DNA of 64,000 nt from Abditibacteriaceae bacterium (lineage in GTDB: Bacteria; Armatimonadota; Abditibacteriia; Abditibacteriales; Abditibacteriaceae): contig OZ255721.1 of the NCBI GenBank assembly GCA_965277285.1, positions 896,001 through 960,000 of the forward strand, in the 5' to 3' direction. Below the pieces are notes generated by a model. That model was not told where the DNA came from and did no database searches. It worked only from the letters and a program-made list of their open reading frames with translations. The translations under genes and the position numbers were made by a program. Positions 10,042 through 19,523 of this stretch are shown piece after piece; the stretch's first letter is position 1; every line of letters starts with the position of its first letter.

Positions 10042-10992
10042 TTAGAAGTCACCGCCACCGAAATCGCCTCCAGAATCTCCGCCGCCGAAGTCACCACCGA
10101 AGTCCCCGCTGGCATCGCCGCTCGCGCCGCTGAAATCGCCTGCGCCGGGGTCGCCATAAGGGTCAACGGCGGCTCCTGGATCGCCATAAGGATCAACCGC
10201 TGCGCCCGGGTCGCCATATGGATCGTCGTTGCTGGTCAGGCCGCCGTTGTCGTCTATCGCGGCGTTCTGCGACGCATCATAATTACCCGCATCGTAATTG
10301 CTGGTGTCGTTGGGCGCGAAATTGGTGTCGTTGGCTTGCTGTGCGAAATCGCTTTGCGCGTAGTTTTCTGCGAAAGCCGAATGGTTGAAGAACTGGTTCG
10401 CAATCGCCGAACCGACGAAACCGCCCGCAATGCTGGTCAACAAACTGCCCGCCAGCATTCCGCCCATTCCCATTCCTCCGCCCATTCCGCCCATTCCGCC
10501 ACCGCCGAAACCACCCATTCCCCCGGCTTGATTGCCATAATTGTTGCCGTAATTGCCGCCCATTCCGCTGTGTCCGAACAAGCGTTCCAAAACTCCGGGC
10601 TGACGAATTTGAACGCGTGTTGCGGCGCGCGCCAGGCTGCGCGGGTCGTCGGTCAATTGAGAACGCTCGTTGTCAGGCGTGTTCTGCGCGAGTTGCTGCA
10701 ACACCATTTGGCGCTGCTCGGGTGTCAGTTGCGCGAAAGCTTCTTCGTGCGCTTGCTCCAGTGCTTCGGGCGGCGCGGTTTGCAACATATAACGATAGCG
10801 CGCCAAAGCCTGATCATCCGAAATTTGTTGCGGCGCCTGCGCATTTATCGGCGAACTGCCAAACGGTTGCGTGCCGATGTAACTCGCATTTGGCGCTTGA
10901 CCTGGCGTTTGCGGCCACGTTTGTTGCGTCACTTGATTTTGACTTTGCGGCTGTGGCTCGTCGTGCCCGAAAAGTTTGTCGAAAAAACCCAT
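10042..10992 (-). CDS. Hypothetical Gln/Gly-rich protein with acidic DFGG tail
   Basis: GGAG RBS before MGFFDKLFG; RYRYMLQTAPPE helical core; low-complexity tail. Confidence 0.7.
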   Translation of the reverse strand: MGFFDKLFGHDEPQPQSQNQVTQQTWPQTPGQAPNASYIGTQPFGSSPINAQAPQQISDDQALARYRYMLQTAPPEALEQAHEEAFAQLTPEQRQMVLQQLAQNTPDNERSQLTDDPRSLARAATRVQIRQPGVLERLFGHSGMGGNYGNNYGNQAGGMGGFGGGGMGGMGGGMGMGGMLAGSLLTSIAGGFVGSAIANQFFNHSAFAENYAQSDFAQQANDTNFAPNDTSNYDAGNYDASQNAAIDDNGGLTSNDDPYGDPGAAVDPYGDPGAAVDPYGDPGAGDFSGASGDASGDFGGDFGGGDSGGDFGGGDF

Positions 10993-11073
10993 GCTATTTC
11001 CTCCATGCGGCGCTCTTGCCACGTTGTTTGTGCTGAATCGAGTACTCGAAAGTCGCAATTCATGTTCCGCTAA

Positions 11074-11107
11074 AAAGGCGTGCATCGAATATTCGATGCA
11101 CGCCTTT
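11074..11107. terminator. 34-bp perfect palindrome, likely terminator, centred on variant TCGAATATTCGA
   Basis: AAAGGCGTGCATCGAAT|ATTCGATGCACGCCTTT just downstream of a minus-strand gene. Confidence 0.7.
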
Positions 11108-11126
11108 GGTAGCCTAACTTGTTTCT

Positions 11127-11636
11127 TTACTTCACAAAGCGGCCACCGCGCCACCGTATCACAAGGCGGGTTTTTTCATCGCCAGGATAAGTCTCATCAC
11201 GAATGACAATAGAAGTGCCGTGGCGTGACAAATACACACGGTCGTGAGCGTGCGATTTCACCCGCCATACTTGCCTTGTTACGTCTTGAAGCCGTCCATT
11301 TCGCAAACGATAAAACGTCAGAACGTCACCTTTATCAAATTGTGCATAAACTGCAAACAGTTCTGCTTTGCCATATCTAAATAGAGATGTTTGCAAATAG
11401 GGCTGCCCTGCTTCGCCGGACGTTTCAATGTAATCGTTAGCGATGTCAACAACCATCGAGCGCTTACGAAGATTTTCACGCGGTGATTCCAGAAAGTAGC
11501 TACTCGGCAGCAGCACATAATAGTCACGCACTGTGCGGTGCGTTTGTGCGGTATCGGATTCTGATTTCGACGCCGCCACTCCATGAATGCTGAACATAGC
11601 AAACACAAGAAACAAAAACAATCTAAGTTGCTTCAT
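11127..11636 (-). CDS. Hypothetical secreted protein
   Basis: Signal peptide MKQLRLFLFLVFAMF; AT-richer region. Confidence 0.6.
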   Translation of the reverse strand: MKQLRLFLFLVFAMFSIHGVAASKSESDTAQTHRTVRDYYVLLPSSYFLESPRENLRKRSMVVDIANDYIETSGEAGQPYLQTSLFRYGKAELFAVYAQFDKGDVLTFYRLRNGRLQDVTRQVWRVKSHAHDRVYLSRHGTSIVIRDETYPGDEKTRLVIRWRGGRFVK

Positions 11637-11742
11637 AATAGTTCCAACCAATGTCCCATTTTGAATGTTCTTACCTCGACGCATATGGTTTCACCTATAA
11701 TCAATCTGTCAAGTACTCATTTGGAGCACGTTAAGACGTTAA

Positions 11743-12048
11743 TTACTCCTCCGCAACTATCTGTTCGATTTGAAATCCCGCCTTCGGAAAGCCCAGTTCA
11801 ACGGGGATACCTGCTCTGTGTATAGCGTCTAATTCCTCTTTGGTGAATCCCAAAGGTGTCGCCTGACCATCAACATGTTCGATCACAGTGACATCGCCGT
11901 CTTGTGAATACTGTTTGTAAAGTTTAACAAACGCATCTACACGATTTTTGGCGTCGATAACACCTGAGGTACCCAAGCCAGAGAAAACGGTTCGTCCGTC
12001 ACATAAGGCAGATGAACCTTTTGCAATTCTGAATTTGAATTTTGCCAT
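11743..12048 (-). CDS. Hypothetical protein
   Basis: ORF with GGAG RBS in AT-richer region. Confidence 0.5.
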   Translation of the reverse strand: MAKFKFRIAKGSSALCDGRTVFSGLGTSGVIDAKNRVDAFVKLYKQYSQDGDVTVIEHVDGQATPLGFTKEELDAIHRAGIPVELGFPKAGFQIEQIVAEE

Positions 12049-12234
12049 AATTAACCCTGACTCCAATTCATTTTGCTACAGTATAATTTTCAGCTTTAGC
12101 CAGACCGCGCGCAAGCGACACCACTCTTACTACGTTGCACTTTATTGGACACAATTCATAATGAGCGCATCTTCCGAAATATAGCAGCGAGTACTCGAAA
12201 GTTCGAGTACTCGCTGTCTGCTTATATCTAAAAC

Positions 12235-13695
12235 TTACGGCGCGGGCGTCGGAGCGGCGTCTTGAATCGCTTCTTGTCCCGTCCAATCGGTGTGGAAGCT
12301 GCCGGGTTCGTCGATGCGCTCGTAGGTGTGCGCGCCGAAGTAATCGCGTTGCGCTTGCAGCAAGTTGTGCGGCAAACGCTCGCTGCGATAACTGTCGTAA
12401 TAGTTCAGGCTGGCGCCGAAAGCTGGCACCGGAACGCCGGTCAATTGCGCGTGAGAAACCGTATCGCGCCAACCGTCCTGGCAACGCGTCAGGATTTCGG
12501 TAAAGAACGGATCGAGCATCAAGTTCTTCAACTGCGAATTGCGGCCATACGCTTCGGTGATTCTGTCCAGAAACTTCGCGCGAATGATGCAGCCGCCGCG
12601 CCAGATCGCCGCAATCGAACCCAGACCAAGCTCCCAATCGTTGGCGTCGCTGGCCGCTTTCATCAAGGCCAAACCTTGCGCATACGACACGATTTTCGAC
12701 GCATACAAAGCGTTATGAATGCTTTCGATAAAGGCTTCGCGGTCGCCGTTGAACTGGCCGTTCGTCGGGCCGGGCAACACTTTGGAAGCGTCCACGCGTT
12801 CCTGCTTCATCGACGACACATTGCGCGCTTCCACCGCCGCGTTGATGGTCGAAACGACGACGCCCAAATCGAGCGCCGACATGATCGTCCATTTGCCCGT
12901 CCCTTTTTGTCCGGCTTTGTCCAAAATCATGTCGACGAGCGCATTGGGCGTTTTGTCGTCGCGCTTGGCAAAAATGTCGCGCGTGATTTCAATCAAGAAC
13001 GATTCAAGTTCGCCCTTGTCCCACTTGTCGAACGTGTCGTGCAGTTCCTGATCGTTCAATCCGAGTACGCGATGCAGCAAATCGTAGGCTTCGCAGATGA
13101 GCTGCATATCGCCATATTCGATGCCATTGTGCACCATCTTCACGTAATGACCGGCGCCGTTTGGCCCGATATACGTGCAGCACGGATGATTCACTCCATC
13201 GACCATGACCTGCGCCGCGATTTTGGTAAAAATCGGTTCGACCAACGCATACGCCGCGGGATCGCCGCCTGGCATAATCGAAGGGCCGTGCAGCGCGCCT
13301 TCTTCGCCGCCCGAAACACCGGCGCCGATGAAGAAAATGCCCTGATCCTTCAATTCTTTTTCGCGGCGAATCGTGTCGGTGAAGAGCGAGTTGCCGCCGT
13401 CGATAATCAGGTCGCCTTTGGAAAGCAGCGGCACGATCTGCGAAATCACGGCGTCGACGGGCGCGCCGGCTTTCACCATAATCATCACTTTGCGAGGGCT
13501 GGCCAGCGAGTTGATGAAGTCCTGAATGTTCATCGCCGGCACGATGCGCTTGCCTTTGGCGCGGCTGTCGGCGAACTTTTGCGTGACGGCTGTGGTGCGA
13601 TTAAAAACCGCGACGCTGAAGCCTTTGCTTTCCATGTTGAGGACGAGGTTTTCGCCCATCACGGCCAGACCAACCAAACCGATGTCACATTGCAT
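12235..13695 (-). CDS. gnd: 6-phosphogluconate dehydrogenase (NADP-dependent, decarboxylating)
   Basis: GLAVMG, GVSGGEEGA, VKMVHNGIEYGDMQ and QAQRDYFGAHTY. Confidence 0.97.
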   Translation of the reverse strand: MQCDIGLVGLAVMGENLVLNMESKGFSVAVFNRTTAVTQKFADSRAKGKRIVPAMNIQDFINSLASPRKVMIMVKAGAPVDAVISQIVPLLSKGDLIIDGGNSLFTDTIRREKELKDQGIFFIGAGVSGGEEGALHGPSIMPGGDPAAYALVEPIFTKIAAQVMVDGVNHPCCTYIGPNGAGHYVKMVHNGIEYGDMQLICEAYDLLHRVLGLNDQELHDTFDKWDKGELESFLIEITRDIFAKRDDKTPNALVDMILDKAGQKGTGKWTIMSALDLGVVVSTINAAVEARNVSSMKQERVDASKVLPGPTNGQFNGDREAFIESIHNALYASKIVSYAQGLALMKAASDANDWELGLGSIAAIWRGGCIIRAKFLDRITEAYGRNSQLKNLMLDPFFTEILTRCQDGWRDTVSHAQLTGVPVPAFGASLNYYDSYRSERLPHNLLQAQRDYFGAHTYERIDEPGSFHTDWTGQEAIQDAAPTPAP

Positions 13696-13827
13696 AAGGA
13701 ATTTCCTTTAATTTCAGATTCAAACGTCGCTTTTATTTTAACCGACAAAACCCTTTCGAGTACTCGATTGGCGCAAAACGGAACGCAAAGCACGAAAAGA
13801 CTTCTTTGCGCGGCGAGGACAACCTTT

Positions 13828-14784
13828 ATGACAACTCCAATTTCAGGCGTTCATCACGTCACAGCGATCACAGCAGACGCACAACGCAACCTCGATTTTC
13901 ATAGCGGCGTTCTGGGATTGCGCCTGGTCAAGCGAACCGTCAACTTCGACGATCCAAGTTCCTATCACCTTTATTACGGCGACGGAAGTGGTGCGCCCGG
14001 AACGATTTTGACGTTTTTCGCCTGGCCTGGCGCAACTCGCGGACGAGTCGGCAGCGGCGAAGCCGACGCCATTGCTTTGAGCGTTCCGCGCACCTCACTT
14101 CCATTTTGGCGCGAGCGTTTGGCGCACCACAAAATTGAAGCCAAGACAATCACCCGTTTCGGAGACGAAGTTCTCGCGTTCCATGACACGGACAACATCG
14201 AACTCGAATTAGTCGCAAATGATGACACACGCAGCGGTTGGGACAACGGCGAAATTCCAATCGAGTACTCGATTCGTGGCATTCACAGCGTGACGTTGAA
14301 CCAAACGAACAATGCGCGTGCGGTGGAAATGCTGAAAGGGATTATGGGGTTCGGGTTCGTCGGAGAAGAAGCCGGACGCGTGCGTTTCTCGATGGCTGAA
14401 GGGCAAGTTGCAAACAAACAAGCGGGCGCGCTGATTGATGTCGCCGCTTCCGAATTGCGTCGCGGGCAAATGGGAGCCGGAACAATTCACCACGTCGCGT
14501 TTCGCGTGGCCGATGACGCGACGCAAAACGCCTGGCGCGAAGCCTTGACGCAACACGATTTCAACGTGTCGCCCGTCATGGATCGCACTTATTTTCATTC
14601 GATTTATTTCCGCGAACCTGGCGGCGTCTTGTTTGAAATCGCCACCGACAATCCGGGTTTTGCGACTGATGAAACAATTGAAACTTTGGGCAAAAAGTTG
14701 ATGTTGCCGCCACAATATGAAAGCTCGCGGTCACAAATCGAAGCCGTTTTGCCGCCGCTGCATCTGAAATCGGAGAAATTATGA
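13828..14784 (+). CDS. Ring-cleaving dioxygenase (VOC, MhqA/O-like)
   Basis: HHVTAI, VKRTVNFDDP, HHVAF and DRTYFHSIYFREPGGVLFEIAT. Confidence 0.92.
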   Translation: MTTPISGVHHVTAITADAQRNLDFHSGVLGLRLVKRTVNFDDPSSYHLYYGDGSGAPGTILTFFAWPGATRGRVGSGEADAIALSVPRTSLPFWRERLAHHKIEAKTITRFGDEVLAFHDTDNIELELVANDDTRSGWDNGEIPIEYSIRGIHSVTLNQTNNARAVEMLKGIMGFGFVGEEAGRVRFSMAEGQVANKQAGALIDVAASELRRGQMGAGTIHHVAFRVADDATQNAWREALTQHDFNVSPVMDRTYFHSIYFREPGGVLFEIATDNPGFATDETIETLGKKLMLPPQYESSRSQIEAVLPPLHLKSEKL

Positions 14785-15410
14785 ATCTTCCCGTTCTATC
14801 TTTCAAACATCGCTGGATGCCCGCCGAAAACGCCGATAGCGCGCCCACGCTTTTACTGTTGCACGGAACGGGCGGCAACGAAAACGACTTGCTCGAAATG
14901 GGCGCCAGTTTGTGGCCGCAGGCGAATCGCTTGAGTCCGCGCGGTCGAGTACTCGAAAACGGCCAGGCGCGCTTTTTTCGCCGCTTGCAGGAAGGTGTTT
15001 TCGATGAAGACGATTTGAAGTTGCAAACCAACGCTCTGGCCGATTTTATCCATGAAGGCGCGACAACTTACGGTTTCGACCTTACGCGCGTGGTGGCTCT
15101 GGGTTTTTCCAACGGCGCCAATATCGCGGCAAGTTTATTGTTGCTCCATCCGCAAACGTTGTGTGGCGCAATTTTGTTGCGCGCGATGGTGCCGCTCGAA
15201 CCCGTCGGAAAAACGCCAATAAACGCCGAAGTTCTCTTGTCATCGGGCGAATTCGATCCGTTGGTTCCGCCTCAAAACGCGAATCGTCTGGCCGCACTTT
15301 TGCGCGAGCGCGGCGCCGTTGTGACGCATCAATGGCAAAATACGGGACACAATCTGACCAACGCCGACATTCAGTCCGCACAAAATTGGCTGACAAACCA
15401 CTTCGGATAG
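14781..15410 (+). CDS. Alpha/beta hydrolase (MhqD-like carboxylesterase)
   Basis: LLHGTGG and [10 protein letters not shown]-coupled to the dioxygenase. Confidence 0.9.
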   Translation: MNLPVLSFKHRWMPAENADSAPTLLLLHGTGGNENDLLEMGASLWPQANRLSPRGRVLENGQARFFRRLQEGVFDEDDLKLQTNALADFIHEGATTYGFDLTRVVALGFSNGANIAASLLLLHPQTLCGAILLRAMVPLEPVGKTPINAEVLLSSGEFDPLVPPQNANRLAALLRERGAVVTHQWQNTGHNLTNADIQSAQNWLTNHFG

Positions 15411-15412
15411 TG

Positions 15413-15506
15413 ACGCGGACTTCGTTCGCAAAAACAACGCAAAGTTTCGCTACTTCTTTCAAAAGACAGGTTGTTTTCGCGGCGTTTTTGCGAACGAAGT
15501 CCGCGT
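15413..15506. repeat. Intergenic inverted repeat
   Basis: ACGCGGACTTCGTTCGCAAAAAC ... GTTTTTGCGAACGAAGTCCGCGT. Confidence 0.7.
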
Positions 15507-15532
15507 AACTCTCCCATTTCGAGTACTCGATT

Positions 15533-16144
15533 ATGAACTTTGACATTTCCCAACTCGCGCCGCGCGATTCTTACAAACTATTGGCCGCTTTGGTGGTGCC
15601 GCGCCCGATTGCGCTGGTTACGACGCTGGGCGAAAACGGCATCGTCAACGCAGCGCCATTTTCGTTTTTCAACATGATGGGCAGCGATCCGCCGCTGGTT
15701 GTTTTCGCGCCAGGACACGGTTCGCCGCACACGGCGCACAACATTCGTCACAATCAGGAGTTCGTTGTCCACATCGTTAATGAAGAAATTGCGCAACAAA
15801 TGAACATTTGCGCGACCGATTTCCCCGAAGGTGTCAGCGAAATCGAAGCCGCTGGTTTTACGCTGGAATCGAGTACTCGAATCGTGGTTCCTCGCATCAA
15901 AGAAGCGCCTGCTGCTTTGGAATGCCGCGAGCACAGCACCATTGAAATCGGGCGCAATCGCATGATTATCGGCGAAGTGCTGCACGTTTCTGTGCACGAC
16001 GAACTGGTCGACGAACGCTTGCACATCGACCACGACAAAGCCAAAATCATCGGGCGCATGGCGGGCGGTGGAGGCGGTTATTCGCGCACCCACGACCGCT
16101 TTGAAATCGCGCGTATTTCTTACGAAGACTGGAAGAAAGGTTAA
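15533..16144 (+). CDS. Flavin reductase family protein
   Basis: VVPRPIALVTT, NAAPFSFFN and EFVVHIV. Confidence 0.9.
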   Translation: MNFDISQLAPRDSYKLLAALVVPRPIALVTTLGENGIVNAAPFSFFNMMGSDPPLVVFAPGHGSPHTAHNIRHNQEFVVHIVNEEIAQQMNICATDFPEGVSEIEAAGFTLESSTRIVVPRIKEAPAALECREHSTIEIGRNRMIIGEVLHVSVHDELVDERLHIDHDKAKIIGRMAGGGGGYSRTHDRFEIARISYEDWKKG

Positions 16145-16264
16145 CCGCCAAGACGCCACCCAAAGGGTGCCCGAACGCCAAGAGGCTTCAAAGAGAGAGT
16201 TACAGAGTCCTCAACTCTTCTTTTCTTGGCGTTCGGGCACCCTTTGGGTGGCGACTTGGCGGTT
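16143..16264. repeat. AACCGCCAAG...CTTGGCGGTT inverted-repeat element
   Basis: About 40-bp arms; related outer arms at 37587-37760 and 60496-60670. Confidence 0.75.
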
Positions 16265-16274
16265 TAATAAACAC

Positions 16275-16889
16275 ATGAAAACTCTTATCATTGTCGATGT
16301 GCAGAACGATTTTTGTCCGGGTGGCGCGCTGGCTGTGCGCGAAGGCGACGCCGTGGTTTCAATAATCAACGAACTACAGCCACACTTCGATTTGGTTGTC
16401 GCCACGCAGGATTGGCATCCCGCCGATCACAAAAGTTTCGCCGTCAATCACGACGGCAAAAACGTCGGCGAAGTGATTGAATTGGAGGGTTTGCCGCAGG
16501 TTTTGTGGCCGGTTCATTGTGTTCAAAATACAAGCGGCGCCGACTTTCATCCGCAATTGAGTACTCGAAGCATCACCAAAATCTTCCGCAAAGGCGAAGA
16601 CGAAACCATTGATTCTTACAGCGGATTTTTCGACAACGGTCACAGGCGCGCCACAGGTTTGGGCGATTGGTTGAAGGCGCACAACGCGACCGAAGTTTAC
16701 GTTTGTGGATTGGCAACCGATTATTGCGTCAAATTCACCGCGTTAGATGCGCAGCAGTTGGGCTTCCAAACGTTCCTCATCGAAGACGCCTGTCGCGGCG
16801 TGGAACTCAACGAAGGCGACATCGCGCGTTCAGTTGATGCGATGCAGGAAGCGGGCGTCAAGGTTGTACAAAGCCGCGAATTGCTGTAG
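16275..16889 (+). CDS. pncA: Nicotinamidase/pyrazinamidase
   Basis: VDVQNDF, TQDWHP, WPVHC and GLATDYCV. Confidence 0.95.
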   Translation: MKTLIIVDVQNDFCPGGALAVREGDAVVSIINELQPHFDLVVATQDWHPADHKSFAVNHDGKNVGEVIELEGLPQVLWPVHCVQNTSGADFHPQLSTRSITKIFRKGEDETIDSYSGFFDNGHRRATGLGDWLKAHNATEVYVCGLATDYCVKFTALDAQQLGFQTFLIEDACRGVELNEGDIARSVDAMQEAGVKVVQSRELL

Positions 16890-16901
16890 CCTTTGACAAC
16901 C

Positions 16902-16937
16902 AAAACGCGCTCATCGAGTACTCGATGAGCGCGTTTT
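16902..16937. terminator. 36-bp perfect palindrome, bidirectional terminator centred on TCGAGTACTCGA
   Basis: AAAACGCGCTCATCGAGT|ACTCGATGAGCGCGTTTT between convergent pncA and GH92. Confidence 0.8.
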
Positions 16938-16954
16938 TCGTATTTGACACCTTT

Positions 16955-19252
16955 TTACGACGAAAGCGAATACGGCAAATCGTCCTTGTCGGGGCTGATG
17001 TTCTCGTTTGGTTTTTCGCTCATGTCGGTGTGCAAAGTGCCGCCGTTTACGATGTCGAAGTGCGAAATCCAGCGTTTCGAGTACTCGATTCCGTTCAAAG
17101 CGCGTTTGGCGACATGAACGTTTTCGTCGTTGTTATTGGCGGCTTCGATGACAAAGGTTTTGCCGTTCGGCAAATGAATGGTCGCTTTGCCGAAGACGGG
17201 ACTTGTCAAAACGTAGGACGCGTGGCCGGGCGTCATCGGATAAAAACCGAGGGCGTTGAAGATGTACCAACTCGCCATTTCGCCGTTGTCTTCGTCGCCG
17301 GAGAAGCCATCAGGCGCATCGCTATACAATTCGCGGCAAACGCGGCGCGTCCATTTTTCGGTTTTCCATGGCTGCGACGTGAAAGCGTAGAAAAACAAAA
17401 CGTGATGAACCGGCTGGTTCGATTGCGCATATTGACCGAAATCGGCCATCGCCATTTCCGTTATTTCATGGATTTCAAAGCCGTAATTGCTCGCGTTGAA
17501 GTGCGGCGGCAACGCCAGCATTTGATCCAATCGTTCGGCCAAAGCCTCCGTTCCGCCCAGCAATTGGGCGAAACCTTTCGCGTCGTGTTGAACCGCCCAG
17601 CCACATTGCCACGCCGAACCTTCGACAAACGGGCCGCCCCACTGAAACTCATCGAACGGCTCGACCCACGAACCATCGGCGTGGCGCGCGCGCATCCAGC
17701 GCGTCGTCGGTTCGCACATATTGCGGTAATTCAAGGCGCGTTTGAGGAACAAGTCGCGATCGTCGTTTTTGCCCAATTTGTCGGCGACTTGCGCGATGCA
17801 CCAATCGCCATAGGCGTAATCGAGCGTGGCCGAAGTCGCATGGCGAATCGCGCCATCGTGAATCCAGCCGTGTTCGAGATATTCGCCCAAACCAATGCGC
17901 CCGACGCTTTCTAGTTCGCTGATTTCAAAAGCGTGTTTGCGCAAGCCCGCATAAGCTTCTTGCACATCGAAACCCTCGATATTTTTCACGACGGCATCCG
18001 CAATGACAGCGTCGATGTGACTGCCGATCATGCAGCCGCGATGACCCGGACTCGGCCACTGCGGAAGCCAACCGCTTTCCCGATAGGCCGTGACCCAGCC
18101 TTCGATAATTTCGCCCAACTGTTCGGGATACAAAACCGAATATAGCGGATAAACCGTGCGAAAAGTGTCCCAGAAACCGTTGTCGGTATAAGCCACGCCC
18201 GAATGCATCTCGCCATCGAAGAAACTTTGATGAACTGTTTGCCCGTTCGCATCAATCTCGTGGCAGCGATGCGGAAACAATTGCGCGCGATAAAGGCACG
18301 TATAAAAGGTGCAGCGCTGTTCGTCGGTCGCCTCGTCCAAAGTGACGCGACCCAATTGCGCGTTCCAGATTTGCGCGGCTTCGTCCTTGACTTCTTCCAG
18401 AGAACGCGCGCCGATTTCGCGTTCCAAAGTGAGTTTCGCTTGCTCAACGCTGATGTAGGAAGTGGCGACGCGCAGTTCGACGCTTCGAGTACTCGATGGG
18501 AATTCGAGGTAAGCGCCAATGCCTTTGCCGATTCGGTGCGTCGCGTTTGCTTCAACCGCTTTGCCTCGAAAAGTGCCGCAACCAACGACAGGTTCGCTAC
18601 AAACCGCGTAAAAATAGGCCGCGAAATTGGGCAGCGCGCCGCCGGCATGCGCGCGCGTGAAGCCGGCAATCGTGCCATTTTGCGCATCAACGTCGATGCT
18701 GCTGTTGCGGATGCGGTGCGCATGGTCGCTCAGCGGATAATCGTCGTGGTCTTCGTCGTCGTGATCGTGATCGCCGTGCAAATGGTCACCGCGCGGCAAA
18801 TCGAATAAAACGCGTTTCTCCGTACCATTTGTGTAATCTGTGTCATCGAAGGTGAAGCGAAAAATGGCGCAACGTTCGGTCGGCGCCATTTCGATGGTCG
18901 TGCGATAGCGCAGCAGATGAAGTTTCAAACCATGCGGCTGAAAAGTCGCTTCGCCGATGCGATAAGAACTGGCGCGCGATTCGGTTCCGGTCAGCAGCGC
19001 GCCACTTTGCGGCATGACGAGAAACTGACCGTAATCGCCCATCCATGGGCTGGGCTGGCGCGTGGCGCGAATGCCTTGAATTTTCGAGCTGCGACAATGA
19101 AAAAACCACGGAGTTTCGCTGGTTTGCGGCGCCCAAGCGGTCATCGCCCACGGAAGAGAAACCAGCGGCAAAGAGTTGCCATGCGACCTGTCAGGGATCG
19201 AATCGGTGCCCTGCAGCGGGTTGACGTAAGACAGAAAATCGGAAGAAAGCAC
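16955..19252 (-). CDS. GH92 alpha-mannosidase family protein
   Basis: YVNPLQGT, WDTFRT, TLDYAYGDW, EGSAWQ, NQPVHH and GDEDNGEMASWY; probable GTG start after GAGG. Confidence 0.92.
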   Translation of the reverse strand: MLSSDFLSYVNPLQGTDSIPDRSHGNSLPLVSLPWAMTAWAPQTSETPWFFHCRSSKIQGIRATRQPSPWMGDYGQFLVMPQSGALLTGTESRASSYRIGEATFQPHGLKLHLLRYRTTIEMAPTERCAIFRFTFDDTDYTNGTEKRVLFDLPRGDHLHGDHDHDDEDHDDYPLSDHAHRIRNSSIDVDAQNGTIAGFTRAHAGGALPNFAAYFYAVCSEPVVGCGTFRGKAVEANATHRIGKGIGAYLEFPSSTRSVELRVATSYISVEQAKLTLEREIGARSLEEVKDEAAQIWNAQLGRVTLDEATDEQRCTFYTCLYRAQLFPHRCHEIDANGQTVHQSFFDGEMHSGVAYTDNGFWDTFRTVYPLYSVLYPEQLGEIIEGWVTAYRESGWLPQWPSPGHRGCMIGSHIDAVIADAVVKNIEGFDVQEAYAGLRKHAFEISELESVGRIGLGEYLEHGWIHDGAIRHATSATLDYAYGDWCIAQVADKLGKNDDRDLFLKRALNYRNMCEPTTRWMRARHADGSWVEPFDEFQWGGPFVEGSAWQCGWAVQHDAKGFAQLLGGTEALAERLDQMLALPPHFNASNYGFEIHEITEMAMADFGQYAQSNQPVHHVLFFYAFTSQPWKTEKWTRRVCRELYSDAPDGFSGDEDNGEMASWYIFNALGFYPMTPGHASYVLTSPVFGKATIHLPNGKTFVIEAANNNDENVHVAKRALNGIEYSKRWISHFDIVNGGTLHTDMSEKPNENISPDKDDLPYSLSS

Positions 19253-19523
19253 AAAAACCTCGAAAGAAAAAGAATGCCGCTTAAACTTAACGCAGGCGCG
19301 CCCGCGTTTCAAACCGAATCCGCCTTTTCCATCCATTTTCTTGATAGCTCGCGCAATGGTGAAGACGCTACATCCCAGAACCCCGAACGTAAGTGAGGGG
19401 CTGACCAAACTGTCACATTAGCCCCTCACTTACGTTCGGGGTTCTGCATGGTGCTTGCGCAGTCAGCCCGCCCTTTTCAAATGCGAGCCTCCGACAAGGC
19501 CGCAACTTGATATATTTAGACGC

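Noticed and set aside
4765..13755. Motif-poor stretches as proof of foreign DNA
   Set aside because: Core genes such as gnd and pheS also lack exact internal copies; gaps of 1.5-3 kb are plausible at a mean spacing of about 1.1 kb.
12262..13827. 840-aa ORF as a single fusion protein
   Set aside because: The first ~520 codons are largely the antisense shadow of gnd; the real gene starts at 13828 after a GAGG RBS.
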